This document shows positions 47,494 through 58,277 of a stretch of DNA of 64,000 bases, piece by piece; position 1 is the first letter of the stretch, and every line of letters starts with the position of its first letter. This DNA is from Schizosaccharomyces osmophilus (lineage: Eukaryota), in assembly GCF_027921745.1 (NCBI RefSeq), contig NC_079239.1, forward strand, positions 1,984,001 to 2,048,000, given 5' to 3'. Under the pieces are notes generated by a model that ran no database searches, was not told where the DNA came from, and was given only the letters and a program-made list of their open reading frames with translations. Made by a program: the position numbers and the translations under genes.

Positions 47494-50400
47494 TCAAAGG
47501 GAAATCGTAAAATCATATGTTTTGTTTTTTAAATCACTTCGTGAAGGGTCTGCGGAAGCCTGCTTGTGATTAATTGTATTTAGTTCGTCAACAAATTGCT
47601 GGCGCAAAAGCCAGGGATGTACGTAGGCGAAATTTTCAAACAACTGCTGGTACAGTCCCATATCCGCTAAAAAGGAATGAAGCAAAGGTGGTACAGATGA
47701 AACGGCAACGGTTTGATCCAACTTCCAATATCCTTGATGGGATATATCCACATCTGTTGTGATAATTTCTAATCGTGTGTGAAACAACGTATCAAACATT
47801 TTCAAGGCGTCCAAATGCGAATCAAGCGACAACTTGATTATTACAGGGACGTTGAAAGACTCCCAATCCATCATTGAAGATTCCACCAAATCATCAGAAG
47901 CAATTAAAACCATGCCGCTGAAAAGGACCTTTTCCGTATCTCTTTCAGGATCCTTTATATGCTGAAAGACAATTTCTATCGTCTTACTCGTCCACACATA
48001 TACAGTTTCTCCGGTCTTCAACTTTTTTTCTACCCCGAAGCTTTCCAGCAGCCGGTAAAACAACTGCCATCCAACAGTCGTGTTTATATCTCCATTATAC
48101 TCGTCTGTTTGAAGAACAACAGCTATGTTAATTACAGGCCGTATATGAGTACCATCGAGACATTGTATTAGATCTGCTGCATACTCGCTCGGTTGAACCA
48201 ACACTGGTTCTTCTTCCTCGTTATCCAATGGAGCTAAAATTGTTTCCATAAAAATATGACTTGTAGATTGCTCCAGAAGGTGCATTTGTCTTATTTCACT
48301 GCTGACAACATTTTCTTTAATTCCATGCTTCATTATATCATAGTCGGCTGTATTGGCATGTAATTGATATATGGTTGTACCAGACATTCTTCGAATAGTC
48401 ATTTCAAAATCCCCAATTTCGTACTGAGCATTTATGGTTATCACGCAACCTCTATAAATCCAAGTTTTTGAATACTTATTAAACAAAAACTTTTTGTCTT
48501 TGTTGTAATTCTCCAACCTTTCATCAGAATAGGTAAACCGGAGTAATAGTTCGTAAAAAACTTTTTCATATCCTTCAAAATGAACAGGCTTTCTGCTCCT
48601 TAAAAATTCACCCAACAAAAATGAAACTAAGTGCGGCCTCTGTGATAGCGGACACGACAAAAATATGTTTGAGATAATGTAATAAGAAAAAGTAATCAAA
48701 TAGAGATTAAAAAGTTTTGCATTTGGGTTGACCAAGCCTTTCTTTTTATCAATTTCGTCTGTTCGCGAGCGAATAATACTTAAGCAAAAGAGACAAATCT
48801 TTTGAATCGTCTCGACGTCTAATCCATCAGTAAGTACAGGGTTATTACTCACTACATGAAGTAGACGCAAAAAGTTTACGAGGCTTCGTTCACTTATATT
48901 CGAAGACATAATCAAAGAGAAAAATTTGGGCATATAGGAAACTGAAAAAGAATGCATTGCATAGCAATTAATAATTAAAATGTCGATGCAGGATTCCGTG
49001 GTACTCTCTCCCTTCTCAAGGAAATAATTTAATAACCGAAAGAATTGTTCATGACAATTTTGAGGAAATGCATCTTTATACACCATTAAAACAGACAAAA
49101 CCTTAGATAGAAGAACCAAAAATCTTTCTTTTCTACTACCGGAAAGAGAATTAAAGGTTGAGGTATATTTACCTGTCGTGATCTCTAACATAAATTGTAG
49201 AATTTTCTTTAACGCATTAGGGCAAGTAAAGAACATTGATGAGCTTCTCAGCTGATTAGTAAAATTAATGAAAACATACTCCACGATATCTGCATCGCTT
49301 TCATGTAAAACTATATGCATTATAGCTGAAACCCATTCTTCAACGGGAATTTTGATTAGCCCCTTTGACGTTTTCGAATCCGTGTTAGCTTTTAACGGAA
49401 ATCGCTGAAATACAGCAGCAAATGATAGATCTCTAAACTTTACTTTATTATCACGGCATTTTAATGCTTCGTCAGATATAAAAGGGTTGTACCATTGGTT
49501 TTCGTATTTCGATAAAAGCGCCTGAGAAGTCGGTGAAACATTCAAAAAACAATATCCATTCGAATTAATCCGTAGTTGTAAAAGCATCTGTAATGGAGCG
49601 ACCCGATAAGAACGACGAATTTTCAAATTTTTAATAACTAAAACCAATTCTTCATATAAGATCGATTTGAATTCCGGTAACATAACATAATAAAATGCCA
49701 TACTTGATATTGCTTGAATTGAAGCAAGCTGCACTTCACCCATTTCATTATTATGGGCAAAGTTTTTTAATATAGCATTGACTTCGTAAAATATGTCTGG
49801 TGGATATACACCGGATAAGTCACATACCAACCTGAACACATTTTCAGTTAACTCATCTGAATGGTATCTATTTAAAGAATTGAGTAATGGAAAAAGGATT
49901 GTCCTGAAAACGGAAGATCGGTGCTGACCAGGAGACGAACGTAAGAATTTACGAAAAGAAGGCAATAACGAAATACGCACCTCATAAGAATTGTTAAGGT
50001 TCATATAAATATCGACAAGTAGTTTTTGGTCGTCAAACCAGCTACTTAGGTGAGGCATCTGAGCTCTTTCGTCGAGAACTAGAAGCATTTTTTTACGAAG
50101 ATCATCCGACAAATAGAAAGAATTGACCTTCAAGAGATCGAAAAACTTATCCAATAAAACAATACTCGTAAATTCTTGAAAGAAATCCTCTAACAAATTA
50201 ATATTCCGGATTTGATAGGTCTTAATTGATTCAATAATATTCGGTTCACTGTGTTTCCAGGTCTCTCTTTCATAATTGGATGACTTTGGTAAAGATGAAG
50301 ATATTTTAATTAAAATATCAAGCAAACTTATCCATTCGTCAATATAAAGCAGCTCAAAAAATGAACGGTGTTCCAAAGCATTGTATAAAGAGCGAGACAT

Positions 50401-51390
50401 TTCAAGAGCTAACCTGCTAGATTGTTGGTTCAAAGCTTGAAGCATAAATCCAAGTAGCATTCCTCGGGTACAGTATACAAATCTTGGAGGGTCAATCAAA
50501 ATATTGCATAAAACTTTGACTGCTCCCATTTGAGCAATTAATGAGCTCTCACTTGAACTTTCTAATACTTTTCTCAGGCAAGAAACAGTCTCGTACTTTT
50601 TTGCAGATTTCAAAAGCTTATCAATAATTTGCTGAGCAGAATTCGAACTGGCAGTTAATCCAAATTTGGCTCGGCATAGCATTTCAATTACGGAAAATAA
50701 AACAGAAGAGGATACTGACCCACGGCTAATTAGAGAGTTCAGAAGTGAAAAAACAAGCTCTATATCCTGTACATCAGTGGTATTCTTACATATCCAAATG
50801 CAATTCGCTAACATACTAGAAATAGCCATTTCCTCAAAAACATGGAATTTCACTCGAATCATGCTAGTTAAAAGGATCATAGTCTGATGAAAGCAATGAG
50901 TAAGATTTTTCAGCTGGAAGCTTGTCCTAAAAGAGTTTCGGTTGTTGGAACGCAAAGCATCAAGTTTTTTAAACATAGCAATTATCCATTCTGAGAGGAG
51001 CTTCAAGATATCATTTGAATAACTTTCAATTTTTTCACCTTGAGAAGTAGTTGTAATTAATGCTTCTATTCCCTTGGGATAATCTTCCACATTTGAAAGT
51101 ATGGATATTTTCTGGAATAATAATTCACGCTCATTAGTAGTTACATCCCTCTGATATTCCGTGGCTCGAATCCAAAGATGAATAGCTAAGTATTTTAATT
51201 CGTCTCTGGCTTTTAATTCCAAGGTGTCGCTGGTACACTTGACTAATTTCTCGATGGGTACACGCTTGCAAAACTGTTCATCGTAAATAAGCCTTTTGAT
51301 ACGTTTATGTCTTTTCTCCCATAATACTTCTTTTGAAATACTCTGCAAGTGTATATCAACGTCTTCAGTACTCATTATGTGTTTCTTCAT
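47494..51390 (-). CDS. Tuberin (Tsc2)-like protein with a degenerate Rap-GAP-like C-terminal domain, 1298 aa
   Basis: Helical N-terminus. Tuberin-like segments include LQMLLQLRINS, IPVEEWVSAIMHIVLHESD, FTNQL, YELLLRFTYS and SKTWIYRGCVITI..IRRMSGTT. The C-terminal GAP-like strand pattern is present but has no KRHIGND motif. Its position matches recalled S. pombe SPAC18B11.11, not tsc2. Confidence 0.75.
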   Translation of the reverse strand: MKKHIMSTEDVDIHLQSISKEVLWEKRHKRIKRLIYDEQFCKRVPIEKLVKCTSDTLELKARDELKYLAIHLWIRATEYQRDVTTNERELLFQKISILSNVEDYPKGIEALITTTSQGEKIESYSNDILKLLSEWIIAMFKKLDALRSNNRNSFRTSFQLKNLTHCFHQTMILLTSMIRVKFHVFEEMAISSMLANCIWICKNTTDVQDIELVFSLLNSLISRGSVSSSVLFSVIEMLCRAKFGLTASSNSAQQIIDKLLKSAKKYETVSCLRKVLESSSESSLIAQMGAVKVLCNILIDPPRFVYCTRGMLLGFMLQALNQQSSRLALEMSRSLYNALEHRSFFELLYIDEWISLLDILIKISSSLPKSSNYERETWKHSEPNIIESIKTYQIRNINLLEDFFQEFTSIVLLDKFFDLLKVNSFYLSDDLRKKMLLVLDERAQMPHLSSWFDDQKLLVDIYMNLNNSYEVRISLLPSFRKFLRSSPGQHRSSVFRTILFPLLNSLNRYHSDELTENVFRLVCDLSGVYPPDIFYEVNAILKNFAHNNEMGEVQLASIQAISSMAFYYVMLPEFKSILYEELVLVIKNLKIRRSYRVAPLQMLLQLRINSNGYCFLNVSPTSQALLSKYENQWYNPFISDEALKCRDNKVKFRDLSFAAVFQRFPLKANTDSKTSKGLIKIPVEEWVSAIMHIVLHESDADIVEYVFINFTNQLRSSSMFFTCPNALKKILQFMLEITTGKYTSTFNSLSGSRKERFLVLLSKVLSVLMVYKDAFPQNCHEQFFRLLNYFLEKGESTTESCIDILIINCYAMHSFSVSYMPKFFSLIMSSNISERSLVNFLRLLHVVSNNPVLTDGLDVETIQKICLFCLSIIRSRTDEIDKKKGLVNPNAKLFNLYLITFSYYIISNIFLSCPLSQRPHLVSFLLGEFLRSRKPVHFEGYEKVFYELLLRFTYSDERLENYNKDKKFLFNKYSKTWIYRGCVITINAQYEIGDFEMTIRRMSGTTIYQLHANTADYDIMKHGIKENVVSSEIRQMHLLEQSTSHIFMETILAPLDNEEEEPVLVQPSEYAADLIQCLDGTHIRPVINIAVVLQTDEYNGDINTTVGWQLFYRLLESFGVEKKLKTGETVYVWTSKTIEIVFQHIKDPERDTEKVLFSGMVLIASDDLVESSMMDWESFNVPVIIKLSLDSHLDALKMFDTLFHTRLEIITTDVDISHQGYWKLDQTVAVSSVPPLLHSFLADMGLYQQLFENFAYVHPWLLRQQFVDELNTINHKQASADPSRSDLKNKTYDFTISL

Positions 51391-52128
51391 ATATCAAACA
51401 AATTAAAAATCTTTCAATATTTCAGTAGCTGAAACAATATTTCACAAAAATAATTAACTTTAAGTAATACACTCATTAAAAAACCCGTTATGTACACTTT
51501 TTTAACTTCATTCCTCTAGCAATTTGTATTATTTCCAAAATTTCCTTGCTTATAGGTTTAGCATCGCAGAAGCCCGCAAGCAAGCATGATATATGGATAG
51601 GTCTGGATTATAATTTTTTTTTTTTTTTTATCTTCCTTTTTTGTTACTTTTTTTTTTTTTTTGCAAAAAAGATAAAAATATGATACCGTAAGAATTATAG
51701 CTGTTTTCTAAGTTTTTCACAAAGAACTTTCGTACGTGGGTGAACCCATAACAGGACGTACACAAAATAAAACAAAGAGTAGGTTTGTTGCATAAATAGT
51801 ATAATATGTTTTACAAAAGGTCTGTATTATTCCTGGTAGAAATTTCCAAGGATACTAAAGGACTTCAATATAAGCATAATCAAACCAAAAATTATATACA
51901 TTGCTAGCTAACTAGTTACCAAATAGTATTATACAGAACCGTTCTTGCAAAATACAAAGTTCAATCCAAAACTGTAAACATGTTATCGTAAGTAATCAGT
52001 CGTAGCCTTTTTTTGCCTTCATCATAAAAAGTACAATTCTGGTCACTTCCCTAGATTTATAGTAGAAGCTTAATTTACTCTTGAAAAACAAGAGACCAGC
52101 ACAAAATGTTTTAGGGAGCACGCTATTT

Positions 52129-54215
52129 TCATGGACTAGCGGGACCAATTGACCAAATGCGGGCTCGTAAGTCACCACTTCCGGAAGCAAACTGTTTGCC
52201 ATCAGGGCTAAAGCTTACAGATATAACAGAATTCTTGTGGCCCTGGCATGTCAAATAAGATTGTCCTGTCTGTAAATCCCAGAACTGTATGCTTCTATCT
52301 TTTGAACCGCTAAGGGCCCAACGATTGTCTGGCGAAACAGCAACAGACAGAACGAAATCGGAATGACCATGGTAAGTAGCTTTACAAACACCATCGGGCT
52401 TAATAGCAGCAAGACCAACGGACCGAGGAAATTGTAGTTCCCAGACCTTAATTGTTTTATCAAGGCTTCCACTGACCAAAAATTTACTATCTGGAGAGAA
52501 TGCGATGGAGTAAACACTTTCCTTGTGACTTTCAAGTCTCTCTACTAGGGTTCCAGAAACGGACCAAACCCGGATAATCTGGTCCAAACTGCCAACTGCA
52601 ATGTACTGGTCATTTGGAGAAATGGCAATTGCTGTTACGCCATTTTCAATCTCCAGCTTCAAAATACATTGACCAGTTTCCACATCCCATAACCGAGCAG
52701 TATGGTCACCGCTTCCGGAAACGATAAAACGACCGTTGTGGCTGAAATCGAGAGAGTAAATATCTTGCTCATGGCCAGAAAAAAGGAAACGAACTTTTTG
52801 AGTAGCAAGATCCCATAGCTTAATCTGACGATCTTCGGTGCCAGTAACTAGGTATTTTCCATCGGGACTGAAAGCAATAGTACGGACGTACAAATCACGA
52901 GAATGATCTGGAGAATCCTCGTTGAGTGTAAAAAGCTTTTGTCCCGTATAAACATCGAATATATTGGTAGCCCGGTTGCAACCAGTAGCTAAGTATTTAC
53001 CGTTATGACTAAACTTGGTACAGCAAACAACACTAGGGTGCTCCAGGGTATGAACGAGATTTATGTTGAATAATCTTCGACATGCTGGATTATATGTGAC
53101 ATACCAGCTAGGGGATTGTGACTTTTTCTGTGTGTAAGCAGAAGCTTGATTTACTTCTTTGGTATGGGGCTCATGCTCTTGATAGGCTTGCTTGCCAGTA
53201 TATTGAGCTATACTATTTGTGTTGTTTGGGATGTCTTGTGTTTGAAGTTGAAAAGGCTGCTGTTGTTGCTTTTGCTGCTGCTGCTCGGGATTTGCGACAT
53301 AATAGCCAGGTAAACCACCCATGTGGGCATTTCCTGGGACTGTTGAATGAGGAGGAGCAGAGTTATCGGTGTAGGAAATAGGAGACACGTAAACCGATGG
53401 TTCTGAAGCACTCGTTGCGTTACTACCGAGCAGCACTTGCTGTCCAGGATGAGTCATACTAGGATGTTCACCGGACGTTGCCGCCGCGACGGGGGCATTG
53501 GATGAAGAATCATGAGCTGGATCGAGATGAAAGCCAGGTTGTTGGGCAGAAGAAAGAGGTTGCATGGAAGGGATTTTATTAGCATCAACGGTATTGAGTG
53601 GTTTTGAGGTCGTAGGAGGGTGAAAAGACTTGGCATCTTTATTTATCCGCTCGTTAAAGGATGGCTTTGTAGAGTTAAAAGCATCTACTCCTAAAGCATC
53701 GAGTTCATGTTTGATCGCATTTACCTCTTTTTCATAACTGCGCAAAGTTAGTAAAGGACAGGTATATAAAAAGGTGGCTGAACACAATTACACATCCTAT
53801 ATTATGAAATAAAACCATTTATCAGTATGTGCTATAGAATACAGCAAAGAGACAAGCTCCACCAACGGATGGACTACTTACGTTTCGCGTATGACTTTTT
53901 GCTTTTCAATCATATCGTCCAGAGTCTTACGAAAATTTTCGATGTCTTGTATTTGGGACAAAATCACTACGGTAAGAGTTAGTGCACCACTTCAGATACG
54001 ACGCGCGTTTGTGTTTATTTTCATCAACTACGACAACGAAAGGGCGGAAAAGAATCGTAGAAAGAGAAAACAATCAATTGCTTAAACATACTTGAAGTGT
54101 CATAATTATCAGCACGGCTTTCTGTACTTGACGAGTTTTTATTTAGCATATCATATTCCGACTTCAGAGCATCCAAAACCTCCTGCACATTCTTGTTTCT
54201 GTCCATGGAAACCAT
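52129..54215 (-). CDS. tup11: Tup1/Groucho-family corepressor. Exons 54215-54092, 53966-53882, 53737-52129; 605 aa
   Basis: Tup_N coiled coil rebuilt across two canonical introns ([32 protein letters not shown]), a Q/P-rich linker and seven WD40 repeats ([24 protein letters not shown]). Confidence 0.92.
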
Positions 54216-54243
54216 GATTGACAACAAAGGTCAATATTGACAA

Positions 54244-54574
54244 GTAAATAAACAAAAGGAATCGCAAAGGATGTGAAACGAAATAAATGGTGTTTCAATG
54301 CGTATAACTGCGTCGTCGCTGGAAGTAACGGAGTCTATACTTGGCCTTAGATAACGAGTGAGCTACAACTCCTAAAGTTAGATACCGCATTGGAACACAT
54401 AAAGCCGAAATGGGAACCACCAGTGGAAGAGAAGCATAGAAACAGAAATCGCTTATTTGTGGATTCTGAAAGAGTTATACACTTTAGCAAATTTTTTGTA
54501 TCAACGTTGGGACCTGAGTGTTGAAATCAATGGTTTGACTGAGTCTGTACAGTAACTTAGCTTCGCTTACGTCA
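54244..54574. promoter_or_regulatory. tup11 upstream motifs: FLEX-like GTAAATAAACA (54244-54254) and CRE-like TTACGTCA (54567-54574)
   Basis: Exact motif matches only. Confidence 0.3.
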
Positions 54575-55695
54575 AACAAGGAACGGTTTTGAAAGGGACA
54601 GTCCGAAAAGGGAGATTCTTAAGGATCAATACCTCTTGTTGATTCTTTTTTTAGGCGCCATTCTTACTGAGAACTGAATTTAAAAACCGTTAGAAAATGC
54701 GATTTTGCAATAAAAGTGTTTCTTACTAACGATCGATAAAGACGGAAATATCCCTTTCTTAAGCGAAGCGAGACTTAAAACTGAAGAAATTACTTTGTTT
54801 ACATTGCCGAAAAGCAAGAGCGACAATTCTTTCTCTAAATAATGTTTTTACTAATTCTTTTTGGTTTTTGTGTTTTCTTGGATGAATGAATGGAACAAAA
54901 GTCGTAATCTTGGCTATGAGGCTGTTTGCTCCCCTAATAACACAGACATCTAAACTTTACCAAAGTTTGTAATTAATACAAGCAATCAATTTCCTTTCAT
55001 TCTTAGAAACTGACGACAGATGGTCGTAGACAGTCAGTCTAGCATGTTTGGTTGTTTAAGGATCGCACGGTAGAAGGACAAGATGGATGAATGGTTGCTT
55101 TCTGTCATAGGAAGGATCCTGTGTAAGTCTTATTTGATCGAAGGAATTCAACTTTCTCGTACATACTATTTATTTCGCTCATAGGTGACTTGAGCAAGGT
55201 TTTGATACGAAGTGATCACTTGCTGAAGCACCAATATATGAATACAAGTTTTGATTCATTTTGTAGCTCAACTTTTACCTAATGCTGATGGATTTTGCTC
55301 GTACGCAATTCATTCTAGAGAGTTACGCATGGCATGTGATTTTGCGTCCTTGAATACTCTCGCATACGCTCTCTCTTTCCGAATGAAAACACTCGCTTTT
55401 GAACCTTGTTTGGATTTGGATTTGACACTGCGGCGGAACACTGTTTCTGTCTTTCGCTTATTCAGAAATCAATTTCGGGTTATTTCTCCTGTAAAGGATA
55501 TAACGCTTATTTACAAATACCTCTGGAACATAATTACAGCAAAAAAAGCCTTTTCTATTTATCAAATCCAAGAATAGTTTATGATTAGGAAGTAACGATA
55601 GCTTGTATACAAGTAACATTTCACCAGTAGGGCCAGAGGACTTGAAACAAGCAGCACTTGCTAAATTCGTGTGAGACAGACGAAACAAGAGAAAC

Positions 55696-56272
55696 ATGGC
55701 ACACGTTGATCCAAAGAGAGCTGATTTAGTGGTTCCATACAAAGCTATTCCACGATCTCAAGATGATGGTACGACAGCAACACTACCTCGCATATCCATG
55801 AATACAAAAGGCAATCAAGCGAGCTTTATTGTTTTGATTTGGATATAAATCTAGTCTCTAAAGTGTTTGTTCATATGCTTACTATTTATCGTTTCTAGTG
55901 GGGATTACTACAGTTAGCACCGTCGTTTGTATGGCTGCTTTGTTTTTAAGAATCAAGTACGAACTTCAGGATAACAATATATTTCTTTCGATCCATATAT
56001 TAATTATATTTCAAGGTTTATCGCTTGGGCCGCTTTTATCCTAGCTGCATCAAATATGCTCAATTCTGCCTCTTCACCAAACTCTTCCCCCATGTCTATG
56101 GCCTTGTATGTTTGGTGATTCATTCTGTCCCGCTCTCCTTTCTAACAACATTTAGCTTGGGTCTTGCCTCTTTGATTTCTACCTATCTTCCCGTAAGTGC
56201 TGTTGTCTATTTTAAAGATATCTTTGATTTTAACCGCCTTAGTATTTCTTAAACACACCTCAATCGCCTTAA
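55696..56272 (+). CDS. Asterix/WDR83OS (UPF0139, PAT complex subunit) homolog. 5 exons: 55696-55768, 55899-55956, 56016-56105, 56156-56192, 56243-56272; 95 aa
   Basis: The spliced product is MAHVDPKRADLVVPYKAIPRSQDDVGITTVSTVVCMAALFLRIKFIAWAAFILAASNMLNSASSPNSSPMSMAFLGLASLISTYLPYFLNTPQSP. It shows the family pattern DP(R/K)R..V..YK / M..L.LR.K..AW / SYL. Four GT..AG introns give 288 nt in frame. Not in the ORF track. Confidence 0.85.
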
Positions 56273-57062
56273 GCACAGTAATTCACATCGGTATACCCCC
56301 TTCCAAAGGAAAAAAAGAACAAAAGTGAACCTTTTGTTACGCGCATTTTCTTTCGGGCTTCTCTATGTGACTGATGTATTCAATTCTCTTCAGCTTGAAC
56401 TCGGTCTACGTCCTTCTACCAGGTCAGCTATGTGCCTTTTATTTTTTTCTTTTTATTTTATTTGAAGAGCTGACATCTTCAACCAAAAAAAGACAAACTT
56501 ATTCCACTATGCGTTATCCGGTACAAGCTGCTAAATCTGAAGATTCTATCTGAAGGTCCTTCTTGCATATCATCGATCATTTTCTTCTTGTTAGCATATT
56601 GGCTCTTGTATTTCAGTTTATACGAATATATGGTGATTGCATACATTACTCCACTGATCATCTGTTTTTTCTCACCGGTCGGGAATTCAAGGATGAACTG
56701 TAGGAAAATCACGCACGAACAGAAAACTTCCAAAGTCTTCTCGTGACACATTGCTTTTTCAAAATCTCGTTTTTCCTCAATTTACTTTCATCTTCCAAAC
56801 GCCTTACTAACTACTTTGAACTCATTTAGGAAATAACGATGTATAGCGCGTTAAAGCATTAAATTTTAAATTTCCGTACGCTTTGTTATCTTTAATTTTA
56901 TTAAATAAGAATGTTCGTAGACGTTCATTTTCTTGCCTTTTCCAACAACATTTAAAAGATATCTATTCAATTTTAGTTGGTTCATTCGTACATTCTCTTG
57001 TTTATAAAGTAATATTTATTGCATTTCGGTAGAGGTCTTTTTTCTTTTTGTCGTTGTTAAAA

Positions 57063-57837
57063 ATGTCTACTACAGCCAGAAGACGTCTCATGAGAGACTT
57101 TAAGGTAAGGCTAATTTCATAACACGAATTATAACAAGAATTACTAACGGTTTCTTTTCTAGAGAATGCAGCAAGACCCTCCCGCAGGCGTTTCCGCTTC
57201 TCCCATATCTGACAATGTTATGCTTTGGTAAGTAGCCATGGGAATCCGAACCAAAAACACGCTTGTATTCTGTTTGATTGAAGAGTTATTCAGAGTCTGT
57301 AATGAAGCGAGGAGTTTTGGCTGGATTCTCTTTTTTAAAGATATGGTATTAACATTCGGAACAGGAATGCAGTAATCATCGGTCCAGCAGATACTCCTTT
57401 TGAAGATGGTACATTTAAATTGGTTTTATCGTTTGATGAACAGTATCCAAATAAGCCGCCTTTAGTAAAATTTGTTTCCACAATGGTACGATCTTACTAA
57501 GTTTTTTTAACAAAAATTCGCTTTTTCTTTGTTTATAGTCTAACTTCTTTTTGTAGTTCCATCCCAATGTTTATGCGAACGGTGAGCTTTGCCTGGATAT
57601 CCTACAAAATCGATGGTCTCCAACATATGATGTTGCCGCCATCCTGACGTCTATTCAAAGGTATGAATCATCATATTTTCTCATGTAATAATGGAACTAA
57701 CCAAATTCTTAAGTCTACTGAATGATCCGAATAACGCGTCCCCGGCGAATGCTGAAGCAGCGCAGCTTCATCGCGAAAATAAGAAAGAGTATATACGCCG
57801 CGTTCGGAAAACCGTAGAAGATTCCTGGGAGAGCTAA
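57063..57837 (+). CDS. rhp6: Rad6 ubiquitin-conjugating enzyme E2. 5 exons: 57063-57104, 57163-57227, 57365-57485, 57557-57660, 57714-57837; 151 aa
   Basis: [47 protein letters not shown] and SPANAEAA. Canonical introns give 456 nt in frame. Not in the ORF track. Confidence 0.97.
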
Positions 57838-58277
57838 CATTCCTTCTCCTTTGATTCCCTTTATCCTAGAAATGACTTTAAGACTCTGTCCTTGATTCCT
57901 TCTATTAGATTATTTTTACCTCGTAATTTTGGAATTCCGCTGCTAAATTATTATCATATATCCGAATGTATTATATTATTTTAGAGGTAAATTGATCGTG
58001 TTTGAAAAAAATAAAACAAATATGTAAATTCATAGTTTGCTTGCGTGTAGCACTAAATGACCGTTCATTCACGAGTACGAATGCTTCTTACAAAAGATTA
58101 ACTTTCCCATAATTATTATTGTACAAAAAACCCAGAAGTCATCTATTCATTCAGCAAAGTAAAAGTTGAGCAACCAGTTCTATACCAAAATTATATATAT
58201 ACTATTTACCTTTAATTTCTCATCCAATCGACCCAATGAATCCATTTATCCCAAATTTTAGTAGAAACCATCTGTTT

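Noticed and set aside
51613..51662. Poly-T tracts between tup11 and the Tsc2 paralog
   Set aside because: These are ordinary AT-rich intergenic tracts. They could mark a nucleosome-free region or origin, but sequence alone cannot show this.
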